This document shows positions 46,833 to 56,519 of a stretch of DNA of 64,000 nt, one piece after another. The stretch comes from Candidatus Multivoradales bacterium (GTDB lineage: Bacteria; Acidobacteriota; Thermoanaerobaculia; Multivoradales; J023). The position numbers and the translations under genes are program-made. The stretch covers positions 4,384,001 through 4,448,000 of the forward strand of contig CBDFLE010000006.1 in the NCBI GenBank assembly GCA_965248925.1, read 5' to 3'. Position 1 is the stretch's first letter; every line of letters starts with the position of its first letter. The notes under the pieces are model-generated. The model was not told where the DNA came from and did no database searches. It saw nothing but the letters and a program-made list of their open reading frames with translations.

Positions 46833-48221
46833 ATGACGCGAAATTTTTGTTCCCACCCGAGATTCCATCCTGAAATCTGGCTGGCCCTATGGCTGCTGCT
46901 GGCCATGGCTTGCGGTGTCTCGTCGCCAGCGCCGCCGCCGGGAGTAGATTCCTTGCCAGAGCTTGACCGAATCGCCGAAAGCTACGTCCGCCTGGTATTG
47001 GCTCTCGGTGAGCACGATGCGGGCTATGTCGACGCCTACTACGGCCCCGAGGAATGGCCGAGCGAGGTGGAGGAAGCTGGCCGCTCGTTGGCACAGATCA
47101 CCCGCGAGACTAGACAGCAACTGGCGGATCTCGCCGCCTTGCAGCTCGACGAAGCCGAGGAATTGGTTCAGCAGCGGCGGCGCTACCTGGCGCGGCAGCT
47201 TGAGTCGCTGATCTTTCGCGCCGATATGGTCGGTGGCGCGCAGCACGACTTCGACACCGAATCCCAGGCCCTTTACGACGGCCTTGCGCCGGTCTACGGC
47301 GCTGAGCACTTTGCCGCGGTGCTCACCGAGGTCGAGGTGGTGTTGGCCGAGGAAGGACTGGACACGGGGCCGTTGATCGACCGCATCGAGGCCTTCCGTT
47401 CCCGTTTCGTCATCCCCACCGAGCGCCTCGATGCCGTCTTCCGCGCCGCCATCGACGCCTGCCGCCAGCGCACCGCCGCTCAGCTGCCGCTGCCCGAGGG
47501 CGAGAGTTTCAAGATCGAGTACGTCAACGACAAGCCCTGGAGCGGTTACAACTGGTATCAAGGGAAGTTCTCCAGCCTGATTCAGGTCAATACGGATCTG
47601 CCGATCTACATCGATCGGGCGATCGACCTGGCTTGCCATGAGGGCTATCCTGGGCATCATCTCTACAACGCCATGCTGGAGCAGCACCTGGTCCGCCAGC
47701 GGGGTTGGGTAGAGCTGTCGATCTATCCCCTGTTCAGTCCCCAGTCGCTGATCGCCGAGGGCTCGGCCAACTACGGCATCGAGCTGGCTTTTCCGGGACA
47801 GGAGAGAGTCGAGTTCGAGGCTCGTGAGCTTTTTCCCCTGGCTGGTCTGGATGCAGACAAGGCCGCCGCCTACTACCGGGTACACGAGATGCTGGCGGGC
47901 TTGAAGCATGCTGACAACCAAGCAGCGCGTGGCTATCTCGACGGCACCATGGATCGTGAGCAGGCGATCCGCTGGTTGATGGATTATTCCGCCATGTCGC
48001 GGCCGCGGGCCGAGCAGCGGCTCAGCTTTGTCGATACCTACCGTAGCTACGTGATCAACTACAACGTTGGCTTGGAGGTGGTCCGGGCCTATGTCGAACA
48101 GCGCAGCGGTGGTGATCCGGCGGCGCGTTGGCAGGTTTTCGGCGAGCTATTGTCGTCGCCGCGATTGCCTTCCGACTTGCAGCTGACCGACGCGCCTGCG
48201 GCTGATCCCGGCCCGCGGTGA
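46833..48221 (+). CDS. Putative zinc metallopeptidase lipoprotein (DUF885-related)
   Basis: GAGGAGG SD, lipobox-like AMAC, KPWSGYNWY, ACHEGYPGHH, EGSANY, YRSYVINY. Confidence 0.75.
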   Translation: MTRNFCSHPRFHPEIWLALWLLLAMACGVSSPAPPPGVDSLPELDRIAESYVRLVLALGEHDAGYVDAYYGPEEWPSEVEEAGRSLAQITRETRQQLADLAALQLDEAEELVQQRRRYLARQLESLIFRADMVGGAQHDFDTESQALYDGLAPVYGAEHFAAVLTEVEVVLAEEGLDTGPLIDRIEAFRSRFVIPTERLDAVFRAAIDACRQRTAAQLPLPEGESFKIEYVNDKPWSGYNWYQGKFSSLIQVNTDLPIYIDRAIDLACHEGYPGHHLYNAMLEQHLVRQRGWVELSIYPLFSPQSLIAEGSANYGIELAFPGQERVEFEARELFPLAGLDADKAAAYYRVHEMLAGLKHADNQAARGYLDGTMDREQAIRWLMDYSAMSRPRAEQRLSFVDTYRSYVINYNVGLEVVRAYVEQRSGGDPAARWQVFGELLSSPRLPSDLQLTDAPAADPGPR

Positions 48222-49387
48222 GTCCTTCGGTGGAGGCTGGCGCGGCGACCTGGATTGAACTCTCGGCGTCGGCCTACGCCAGCAATTTGGCACTCTTTCG
48301 CCGCTTGCTGGGGCCCCGGATTGAGCTTGCGGTGGTGGTCAAGGCCAATGCCTATGGCCACGGCTTGACCGAAATCGCGGCCCTGGCGGCAGCCCACGGG
48401 GCCGACTCCTTCTGTGTCCACAGCATGGAAGAAGCGCTTGCCCTGCGCCGGAGTGGCTTCCACCAGGATGTGTTGGTAATGGGCCATGTGCCGCTGGTGC
48501 GCCTCGCCGAGGCGGTGGATGAAGGCTTCCGCCTGGTGCTCTACAACCAGTTATCGGTGGCCGCTTTGGGGAGGTTGAGCACCAGCCGGCAAGAGAGTTG
48601 TCGACTGCATTTGAAGTTGGAAACCGGCACCCACCGTCAGGGGGTCGAGGGCGATCAGCTGGTGGCGCTGATCGAGGAGTTGAAGCGCCATCCCAACCTG
48701 CGTCTTGAAGGGATCTACAGCCACTTCGCGACGGCCGAAGAGACCTCTCGCCCGAGTATCACCGAAGGGCAGATGCGGTGTTTCGAAGAGCAGCTCGAGC
48801 AGCTTCGCCAGGCTGGATTCGGCAACATGCACACCCACCTTGCCTGCTCGGCGGCGGTTCTTTTGGCGCCGCGGTCGCACCACCGGATGGTGCGTTTGGG
48901 AATCGGCCAATACGGCCTTTGGCCGTCGCCTCAGACCTACCGCTCTTTCCTCGCCGCCCATCCCGAAGAAGGCGAGCAAGCCTTGCGTCCGGTGCTGTGC
49001 TGGAAGACCCGGGTGAGCCAGGTCAAAGAAGTGCTGCGTGGCGCTCACGTCAGCTATGGCTGGACCTACCAGGTGACTCGCCGGAGCAGGCTGGCGGTGC
49101 TGCCGATCGGCTACTCCGATGGTTTTGATCGCGGCCTTTCGAACCAGGGCTGGGTGTTGATCCGCGGTCGGCGAGCAGCGGTGCGCGGTCGCATCTGCAT
49201 GAACTTGACGATGGTCGACGTGACCGATATTCCGGGCGTTGAAGTCGAAGACGAAGTGGTGCTGATCGGTCGCCAAGGAGAGCGAGAGATCACCGCCTGG
49301 GATCAGGCTGTCTTGCTCGGCACTATCGCCTACGAAGTAGTGGCGCGAATCCGGGCGGGTATTCCCCGTTGGGTGACCGACTGCTGA
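48218..49387 (+). CDS. alr: Alanine racemase
   Basis: VVKANAYGHG PLP lysine, HLKLETG..R.G, SHFATA, VSYG, GYSDG, GRICM. Confidence 0.95.
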   Translation: MSPSVEAGAATWIELSASAYASNLALFRRLLGPRIELAVVVKANAYGHGLTEIAALAAAHGADSFCVHSMEEALALRRSGFHQDVLVMGHVPLVRLAEAVDEGFRLVLYNQLSVAALGRLSTSRQESCRLHLKLETGTHRQGVEGDQLVALIEELKRHPNLRLEGIYSHFATAEETSRPSITEGQMRCFEEQLEQLRQAGFGNMHTHLACSAAVLLAPRSHHRMVRLGIGQYGLWPSPQTYRSFLAAHPEEGEQALRPVLCWKTRVSQVKEVLRGAHVSYGWTYQVTRRSRLAVLPIGYSDGFDRGLSNQGWVLIRGRRAAVRGRICMNLTMVDVTDIPGVEVEDEVVLIGRQGEREITAWDQAVLLGTIAYEVVARIRAGIPRWVTDC

Positions 49388-49487
49388 GCGGTGGACGAAT
49401 AGCCTTGGATCTGGGGCCGTAGTTAGATCATCAGCGGCCGGAGTGAATCTGCTGCTGGATTTCACCCCTTTCCATAAGGAGTTGCAG

Positions 49488-50360
49488 ATGATCCTACCGT
49501 TCTTCACCGTCAAACAGCAGACCGCCGCCGTGGTGGAGAGGCTGGGAAAATTCGACCGCGTTGCCTCTTCCGGCCTCAACTTCAAGTCGCCGATGGTCGA
49601 GCGGGTCGCTGGATTCGTTAATCTGCGAGTGCAGCAACTCGATGTCGAGGTCGAGACCAAGACCGCCGACGACGTCTTTGTCCGCGTCATGGTGGCGGTG
49701 CAGTTTTACATTCTCGAAGAAAAGATCTACGAGGCCTTTTACAAACTCGACAAGCCAGAGCAGCAGATCACGTCCTTTGTTTTTGACGTAGTGCGGGCGC
49801 GGGTGCCGAGGATTCGCCTCGATGACGTGTTTGAGAAGAAAGACGAAATCGCCGACGCGGTACGCGAAGAACTGTCGCAGGTGATGAACGATTTCGGCTA
49901 CGGCATCGTCAAAGCACTAGTCACCGACATCGATCCCGATATCAAGGTCAAAGAGGCGATGAACGAGATCAACGCTGCCCAACGCATGCGGGTGGCGGCC
50001 ACCGAGAAGGGGGAGGCCGAAAAGATTCTCAGGGTCAAGTCGGCCGAGGCCGAGGCCGAAGCTAAAGCCCTGTCCGGCAAGGGTATCGCCGACCAGCGCC
50101 GGGCGATCATCGATGGCTTGCGCGAATCGGTCGACGAATTCCAGAAGTCCATCCCTGGCGCCTCGTCCCAGGACGTGATGAACGTGGTTCTGATGACGCA
50201 ATATTTCGACATGCTCAAAGAGCTATCCTCAGGTGCCAACAACAACACCATCCTGGTGCCCCACTCTCCCGGTGCGGTCACCGACCTCAGCGAGCAGATC
50301 CGCAACTCGATGCTGATCTCGCAGCAGCCAGGGGCGCAGCGGGCGGTGGTAGGATCCTAG
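49488..50360 (+). CDS. SPFH/band-7 protein
   Basis: VVERLGKF, ETKT.D.VFV, FDVVRA.VP, AMNEINAA.R, TQYFD; TAAGGAG SD. Confidence 0.92.
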   Translation: MILPFFTVKQQTAAVVERLGKFDRVASSGLNFKSPMVERVAGFVNLRVQQLDVEVETKTADDVFVRVMVAVQFYILEEKIYEAFYKLDKPEQQITSFVFDVVRARVPRIRLDDVFEKKDEIADAVREELSQVMNDFGYGIVKALVTDIDPDIKVKEAMNEINAAQRMRVAATEKGEAEKILRVKSAEAEAEAKALSGKGIADQRRAIIDGLRESVDEFQKSIPGASSQDVMNVVLMTQYFDMLKELSSGANNNTILVPHSPGAVTDLSEQIRNSMLISQQPGAQRAVVGS

Positions 50361-50465
50361 GGGGAGGATCGAGACAGCCGGGTGGGCCTTGAATGGCCAG
50401 TAGCTCAACATCAGATGCCTCTATCTCGTACAGTCAGATAGTGCTGAGAGTATTCAAATGAAATT

Positions 50466-51683
50466 GTGGTGATGAGACTCGTCTTGAGCTGCTGTACCGC
50501 GCTGTCGAGTGCCCTTCTTCTCGCTTCTTGCGGTGGTTCGCCTGCCCTGAGTTCCGCCGACCGACCGGCGACCACTGAGCCGCGGGTGGAGCGGGGGGTG
50601 ATTCGCTCACGCCTGCTGTTGACCGGTGAGCTCAAAGCCGCCGAGAGCGTGTTGCTGAAGACCCCCGCCACTGAAAGCTGGCAGTTGCAGATTCGCTGGT
50701 TGGCGGAAGACGGCGTGCCGGTGCGAGCCGGTGACAAGGTGGCCGAGTTCGACAGCTCCCAACTCGGCAGTCGGCTAGAGCGGCTGCGTGCTAGCCAGAT
50801 CGAGGCCAGCATTCAACTCTCCTCGTTGCGGGCGCGGTTGGCCGCCGACTTGGACGCGGCCGAGTTCGCAGTTGAAAATCAGCGCGGGACGCTGGAGAAG
50901 GCCAGATTGAATGCTGAGATCCCGCAGGGCTTGGAGTCGGAGATCGACTTTCAGCGTAAGCAGAGCGACTACCAGCGAGCGCTGCTAGAGCTGGAGAAGC
51001 TCGCCAGCGCATTGGCCGCCAAAGACCAAGCCAGAGGCTCAGAAATAGCGGTTCAAGAGATTGCCCTCGACCAAGCAACGGCAGAGATGGAGCGTGTTGA
51101 CGAGGCCATCGGTCGCCTGACTTTGGTGGCGCCGCGGGATGGGCTGCTGATCTTGGGCCGCAACTCACGAGAGAATCGCATTTTTCAGACCAGCGACAAC
51201 ACCTGGCCGGGTCTCACCGTGGCCGAGATGCCGGACCTCGACACCATCCGCGTAGAGGCTCGGCTGTTGGATGTCGACGATGGACAGGTACGCTCCGACA
51301 TGCAAGCCGAGGTAGTGCTCGACGCCTATCCCGGCGAGGCGCTCAGCGGCCGGGTGGTGTATGTCGAACAGATTGCCCAACAGCTTGGCCGGCGATCCTT
51401 GCGCCGCTCGTTCCGGGTCTGGGTAGAACTGGATCAGATCGATGTCGAGCGTATGCGACCGGGGATGTCGGTCAAAGTGGTGATCGATGGCGAGCCTTCT
51501 GCGGAGGCTGACCTAGTGCCTCGGAGCAGTCTCGATTGGACTGCTGAAGGAGCACGGGTGCGGCTCGCTGATGGCAGCTGGCAGGCGGTCGAGCTGGGCG
51601 CCTGCGATTCCTGGCGCTGCATTGTCGAAGACGGACTAGCCTCCGGTCAGCGCCTGGCTCGAGCCATTGGAGAGACCCCATGA
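50466..51683 (+). CDS. Periplasmic adaptor (MFP) 1, lipoprotein
   Basis: Lipobox LLASC, lipoyl halves around coiled coil, APRDG, MRPGMS; start may be 50472. Confidence 0.85.
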   Translation: MVMRLVLSCCTALSSALLLASCGGSPALSSADRPATTEPRVERGVIRSRLLLTGELKAAESVLLKTPATESWQLQIRWLAEDGVPVRAGDKVAEFDSSQLGSRLERLRASQIEASIQLSSLRARLAADLDAAEFAVENQRGTLEKARLNAEIPQGLESEIDFQRKQSDYQRALLELEKLASALAAKDQARGSEIAVQEIALDQATAEMERVDEAIGRLTLVAPRDGLLILGRNSRENRIFQTSDNTWPGLTVAEMPDLDTIRVEARLLDVDDGQVRSDMQAEVVLDAYPGEALSGRVVYVEQIAQQLGRRSLRRSFRVWVELDQIDVERMRPGMSVKVVIDGEPSAEADLVPRSSLDWTAEGARVRLADGSWQAVELGACDSWRCIVEDGLASGQRLARAIGETP

Positions 51684-52912
51684 GGCGACAGACTCGGCTA
51701 GTGCTTTGGTTGTTGCTGACTTTGTTGGTCGCTGCCGGGGCCTGGGCGCTGCTCGGTCAGTTGGCGGCCAAATCAGACGGCGTTTGGGCGCGGGTCGAGC
51801 GTCGCGATTTGGTGATCGAGGTCGCCGCCGAGGGCGAGTTGCAGGCGGTCGAGAGTGTCGATCTCGGGCCTCCGGGCACGGTCAATCTGTGGGGTGGCTT
51901 CAAGATCTCGTTCATGATTCCCGAGGGCACGGAAGTGCAGGCCGGTATGCCAGTGCTGCGTTTCGATGTCACCGACATGCAGCGCCAGTTGCAGGAGAAG
52001 ATCGCCGAGCGAGACTCGGCAGAGAAGGAGCTAGAGAAGAAAGGTGCCGATCTTGAAGTTCTGCGCCGTGATCTGCAACTATCCCTCGCCGAAGCCGAGG
52101 CCAAGGTACGACGCCAGGACTTGCTGGCTTCGGCGGCGGATACCGGGACCATGGCACTGCTCCAGCTCGAGCGAGCGCGGGTCGACCGTCGGTTGGCCGA
52201 ACGAGAATTGGAATTCGAGCGTCGTAAGTTGCAGCAACGAACCGCCCAGCAGCAGGCTGACCTCGGCGTGCTGCGCAAGCGTCGCGATCGCGCCGCGGTC
52301 GAAGTGCAAGAGATCGAACGCCAGATCGGGCGGATGACGGTCCAAGCGCCACGGGCCGGCACCGTGATCTACCGCACCGACTGGCGGGGTGACAAGCATA
52401 AGGTGGGCGACAACGTCTGGCGCGGCCTGGTGTTGCTACAGATTCCCAACCTGCAGCGGATGATCGCCGAAGGCCAAGTTTACGAGGCTGACGCTGGCCG
52501 ACTGCGTGCCGGGCAGCGAGCGCGGATTCGTCTCGATGCTTACCCCGACCGCGAGTATCTAGCCACCATCCAGCGCATTCACAGCACCGTGCAGGCCAAG
52601 TCATGGCGCAATCCTCGTAAAGTGATCCGCCTCGAGCTCGAACTCGACTCCACTGATACTGAGCGCATGCGGCCGGGCATGCGCTTTCGCGGCGATATCG
52701 AGGTCAGCCGGGTGAGCGATACCTTGTTGCTGCCGCTGGCGGCGATCGAGCCGCGTCCAGAGGGCGCTTTGGCCGAGGTCGCCACTTTGCTTGGCAGTGA
52801 GCAGCGGCAGCTCCAGCTCGGGCAGCGAAACAGCGAGCAGATCGAAGTGCTAGCCGGTCTGAGCGAGGGCGAGCGAGTGCGACTGCGCGGTGTTGTCGAG
52901 GGTGACTCTTGA
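51680..52912 (+). CDS. Periplasmic adaptor (MFP) 2, N-terminal TM anchor
   Basis: TM helix, PEGTEV, APRAG, MRPGM, GLSEGERV. Confidence 0.88.
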   Translation: MRRQTRLVLWLLLTLLVAAGAWALLGQLAAKSDGVWARVERRDLVIEVAAEGELQAVESVDLGPPGTVNLWGGFKISFMIPEGTEVQAGMPVLRFDVTDMQRQLQEKIAERDSAEKELEKKGADLEVLRRDLQLSLAEAEAKVRRQDLLASAADTGTMALLQLERARVDRRLAERELEFERRKLQQRTAQQQADLGVLRKRRDRAAVEVQEIERQIGRMTVQAPRAGTVIYRTDWRGDKHKVGDNVWRGLVLLQIPNLQRMIAEGQVYEADAGRLRAGQRARIRLDAYPDREYLATIQRIHSTVQAKSWRNPRKVIRLELELDSTDTERMRPGMRFRGDIEVSRVSDTLLLPLAAIEPRPEGALAEVATLLGSEQRQLQLGQRNSEQIEVLAGLSEGERVRLRGVVEGDS

Positions 52913-54171
52913 GAGCACGGTCCCACGCCCTCGTTGCCATGGTGTTGCTGGTGGTGGGCTGGGCCGTCACTGGCTGCGGCCGTGGCGCACAAATTCCGAC
53001 CTACCGAGTCGAGCGCCAAGCCTTCAGTCAGCGGGTCACCGCCGAGGGGGTGCTGGCTGCTGAGCAGGTCACCACGGTCAATGTGCCAACCCAGGTCGAG
53101 CGCAGTGTGCGGCTGGCCTGGATCGCTGAGGACGGCGCGGTGGTCGAACAGGACCAGCTGGTGGCCCGCTTCGATTCGGGGGAGATGTTGCGCCAATTGG
53201 AGGTAGGTGAGGGCGAGCGTCTGACTTCGAATCACCGGAGCACCAAGGCTCGGGTCGACGGGGATATCAACGTCGCCGCTGCCGAGACCGCGTATCAGGT
53301 CGCCAGCATCGATCTAGCATTGGCCCAAGCTTTCGACAAGCAAGATGGGGAGATCTACTCACGGCAGGAAATGCTCGAAGACGTGATCGATGAAGAGCTT
53401 GCCGTCGAACGCCAGGGCCACGCGATCGCCAAGCGCCAGATGCAGGGTCGCCTAGCGCAAGCCGAGTTGGATCTGCTGGGCATTGATCGGCGTCAGGCGC
53501 AGAACAAGATCGACTCGGCGCAGCGGGGCCTCGAAGCGCTCGAAGTGCGTGCTCCTCACGCCGGTATTCTGACCTTGAAGCGCAATTGGCGAGGCGACCC
53601 GCCGCAGGTTGGCAGCGAGTTGTGGAAGGGGCAGGCGCTGGCCGAGATTCCCGATCTCGAAAGCATGAAAGCTGAAGTCTTCGTGCTCGAAGCCGACGCC
53701 GGTGGCCTGGAGGTGGGCAAAGTCGCCACGGTGGTGATCGAGGCCCATCCCGAACACTCCTTCGAGGCCGAGATCGGGCGTGTCGACAGCGTTGCCCAGC
53801 CCCGCCACCGGGGCTCGCCGGTACAGTACTTCGGGGTCGAGCTGAAGCTCTCCCAGACCGACTCGCGGATCATGAAACCCGGCCAGCGGGTGCGCGCCAC
53901 TCTGCGTCTGACCGAGCTCGAAGATGTTCTCGTGCTGCCGCGCCAAGCCGTATTCCTGGAAGATGGCAAGAGTTGGGCCTGGGTGCGCCATGGCGACCGG
54001 TTCGAAAAGCGAGAAGTCGAGATCGAGGCTTCGTCGATGGGCCTCCATGCCCTTGCTTCGGGTCTCGAAGAAGGTGAGGAAGTCGCCTTGCGGGCGCCGG
54101 CTGAAAGTGCCTATGAGGCTTCGCCGAGCACTCCCCAGGCGGTGTCGCTCGGGGTGGGAGGTGAGGGATGA
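52909..54171 (+). CDS. Periplasmic adaptor (MFP) 3, lipoprotein
   Basis: Lipobox AVTGC, EDGAVV, APHAG, MKPGQ, GLEEGEEV. Confidence 0.88.
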   Translation: MRARSHALVAMVLLVVGWAVTGCGRGAQIPTYRVERQAFSQRVTAEGVLAAEQVTTVNVPTQVERSVRLAWIAEDGAVVEQDQLVARFDSGEMLRQLEVGEGERLTSNHRSTKARVDGDINVAAAETAYQVASIDLALAQAFDKQDGEIYSRQEMLEDVIDEELAVERQGHAIAKRQMQGRLAQAELDLLGIDRRQAQNKIDSAQRGLEALEVRAPHAGILTLKRNWRGDPPQVGSELWKGQALAEIPDLESMKAEVFVLEADAGGLEVGKVATVVIEAHPEHSFEAEIGRVDSVAQPRHRGSPVQYFGVELKLSQTDSRIMKPGQRVRATLRLTELEDVLVLPRQAVFLEDGKSWAWVRHGDRFEKREVEIEASSMGLHALASGLEEGEEVALRAPAESAYEASPSTPQAVSLGVGGEG

Positions 54172-55403
54172 ACCTGCCCGAGGCGATCTACGATTCGTTG
54201 GCCAATCTGGCAGCCCACAAGCTGCGTTCCGGGCTGACCATGCTGGGCATCGTGTTCGGGGTCGGCGCGGTGATCGCCATGCTGTCGATCGGCGCCGGTG
54301 CTGAGCAGCAGGCCCTCGAGACCATCGGCCGGTTGGGGCTGAACAACGTTGTGCTGCGCGACAGCGATCTCGAAGGCGAGGAGCTGCGCGAGGCGCGCAC
54401 CAAATCACCCGGTCTGTCGCGCCGCGACTGTGAAGCCATCGCTGACGCGGTGCCGGCCGCCGAGCTAGTGGCGCCGAAAGTCAATCTGCGCCCCTACGTC
54501 GTGCTGGCCGCCGATGGCACCAGCGATGCCGAGGTCTATGGGGTGGGTGAGCGCCATGCCGAACTCACCCACCTGGAACTGTTGGAAGGGCGGTTCCTCG
54601 ACGCCTTGGATGTTCGTGACCATACCCAGGTGGCGGTGATAGGCGAGTCGGCGCGGCGCGATCTCTTCGGCCACCAGCCAGCCTTGGGCCAGCACCTCAA
54701 GGTCAATGATGTGTGGTTCGAAGTAGTGGGTGTACTGGCCGCGGCCGGTGGCGAGGTCGATGCCTTCCAAGGAGTTCAACTCGGCGCGACCTCGACCGCG
54801 ATTTATCTGCCGGTGTCGACCGCGCTGCGCAAATTCGACCGTGGCAACCTCAGAGCGGAGCTGGAAGAGATCATCATCCGTTTGCGCGACGGCGCCTCGG
54901 GCCGCGAGACGGCGAAAGTGGTCCACGGCTTGCTCGATCATTTGCACGCCGGGGTCGATGATTACGAGCTTGTAGTGCCCGAGGCGTTGCTGGCGGAGAG
55001 TCGCCGCACCCAGCGGATGTTCAATATCGTGATGGGTTGTATCGCCGGCATCTCTCTTTTGGTGGGTGGCATCGGCATCATGAACATCATGCTCGCCTCA
55101 GTCCTCGAACGCACTCGCGAGATCGGCTTGCGGCGGGCGGTGGGGGCGAAGAAGCGAGATATCTTGCAGCAGTTCATCGTCGAGAGCTTCACCCTCTCGG
55201 CCCTGGGCGGTATCGCCGGGGTGTTGATGGGGATAGTGATCGCTCGCATTGTCGCTGCTTCAGCCGGCTGGCCGACCTTGGTGCAGATCTGGTCGATCCT
55301 GCTCGCTACCGGGGTGGCGATGGGTGTCGGCCTGGCCTCCGGCCTCTACCCGGCCCTGCGCGCCGCCAATCTAGATCCGATCGAGTCACTGCGTTATGAA
55401 TAG
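54168..55403 (+). CDS. MacB/FtsX-family ABC permease (no ATPase domain)
   Basis: RSGLTMLGIVFGVGAVI, GGIGIMNIMLASVLERTREIGLRRAVGA, PALRAANLDPIESLRYE. Confidence 0.93.
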   Translation: MNLPEAIYDSLANLAAHKLRSGLTMLGIVFGVGAVIAMLSIGAGAEQQALETIGRLGLNNVVLRDSDLEGEELREARTKSPGLSRRDCEAIADAVPAAELVAPKVNLRPYVVLAADGTSDAEVYGVGERHAELTHLELLEGRFLDALDVRDHTQVAVIGESARRDLFGHQPALGQHLKVNDVWFEVVGVLAAAGGEVDAFQGVQLGATSTAIYLPVSTALRKFDRGNLRAELEEIIIRLRDGASGRETAKVVHGLLDHLHAGVDDYELVVPEALLAESRRTQRMFNIVMGCIAGISLLVGGIGIMNIMLASVLERTREIGLRRAVGAKKRDILQQFIVESFTLSALGGIAGVLMGIVIARIVAASAGWPTLVQIWSILLATGVAMGVGLASGLYPALRAANLDPIESLRYE

Positions 55404-55423
55404 TCCGTTCCGAGGAGCCATGA

Positions 55424-55801
55424 ATGCCCGCCAATAAACGCCATGCTGCCATCAACCTGAGTGAGAAGTTCAAGCTGATCCACCAACAGTGGACACCCCG
55501 AGTGGTGGCGCAAGTCAACGACTACGCCTTCAAGCTAGCCAAGATCGAAGGCGAGTTCGTGTGGCATGCCCACGCCGACACCGACGAAGCTTTCCTGGTG
55601 GTCGCGGGTGAGTTGGTCATCGAGCTGCGTGATGGCTCCGTAAAGCTAGGCCCGGGCGAGCTTTACGTCGTGCCGCGGGGTGTCGAGCACAAGCCGGTGG
55701 CGGCCGAGGAGTGCCACATTCTGATGATCGAGCCCGCCGCGACTGTCAACACCGGCGACGCAGGCGGCGAGCGCACCCAGCCGACCGATCAGTGGATTTG
55801 A
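55424..55801 (+). CDS. Cupin-domain protein
   Basis: [23 protein letters not shown]. Confidence 0.9.
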   Translation: MPANKRHAAINLSEKFKLIHQQWTPRVVAQVNDYAFKLAKIEGEFVWHAHADTDEAFLVVAGELVIELRDGSVKLGPGELYVVPRGVEHKPVAAEECHILMIEPAATVNTGDAGGERTQPTDQWI

Positions 55802-55819
55802 TGTTTCTCCCCGCGTGCG

Positions 55820-56224
55820 CTAGCGCAAATCGGGTGCTGAATCCCAGAATGCCAATTTGTAGAGTCCTCTGATCTGCTGATCTCGGGTTAGCAGCGGGGC
55901 ATTGTTCAGCTCTGCCTGGGCTACGATCGTCCGGTCGAAGGGATCACGGGTCCAGTTGACCGAAAGGGCGACTGTGGTGACCGCCGAGTACGGCGAGTCA
56001 CACAATTCCAGGCCGAGTCGCTGTTTCAACTCGGCGAATACGGCCTCCGCGCCTTCACGGAGCCGATCGATCTCGAAGAGGTATTGCAGCTCTAACAGCA
56101 CAATAGGAGAAATGCGTAGCGTGTGCTCTTCGAGCGCGTGCCGAGCAGCCTTGCTCAATAGGCTCAGTTGTCTGGAGTACAGCCAGACCAAGATGTGGGT
56201 GTCGAGATAGATCAAGAGTTCCAC
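55820..56224 (-). CDS. vapC: VapC-family PIN toxin
   Basis: YLDTH, LLELQYL, RDPFDR.IVAQA, LLTRD. Confidence 0.88.
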   Translation of the reverse strand: MELLIYLDTHILVWLYSRQLSLLSKAARHALEEHTLRISPIVLLELQYLFEIDRLREGAEAVFAELKQRLGLELCDSPYSAVTTVALSVNWTRDPFDRTIVAQAELNNAPLLTRDQQIRGLYKLAFWDSAPDLR

Positions 56225-56436
56225 TCATGGGACCAGTCGAGGTGGACAAGGTCTTCGGGATCGCCACGGATGAAGTCTGGTCTGGCCACCAGGCGATCGA
56301 GCTTGCTTCTCCGCGGCTCAGCGACGACTTTGAGAATACGCCCCCGCCGTTCGATTTCAAGGGCCTCTCCCGTTTCGAGTACTCGATCGAGAAGGCGGTA
56401 GATATCTTGGCGCAGTCTGGTTGCGGTGATCGGCAT
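56212..56436 (-). CDS. Phd/YefM-family antitoxin
   Basis: ITATRLRQDIYRLLDRV..TGE..EIERRG; overlaps toxin gene. Confidence 0.85.
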   Translation of the reverse strand: MPITATRLRQDIYRLLDRVLETGEALEIERRGRILKVVAEPRRSKLDRLVARPDFIRGDPEDLVHLDWSHEWNS

Positions 56437-56457
56437 GAGTGGTGACCTCCACGTTCT

Positions 56458-56499
56458 AGACTAACCTATGTACGCTCGTTGGTCAATAAACGCACGTAC
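56458..56499 (-). promoter_or_regulatory. Sigma-70 promoter overlapped by inverted repeat (TA autoregulation site)
   Basis: Minus strand TTGACC-N17-TAGTCT; GTACGnnCGTT / AACGnnCGTAC inverted repeat 56470-56499. Confidence 0.65.
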
Positions 56500-56519
56500 G
56501 AGACCGGTTGGCTGCCGAG

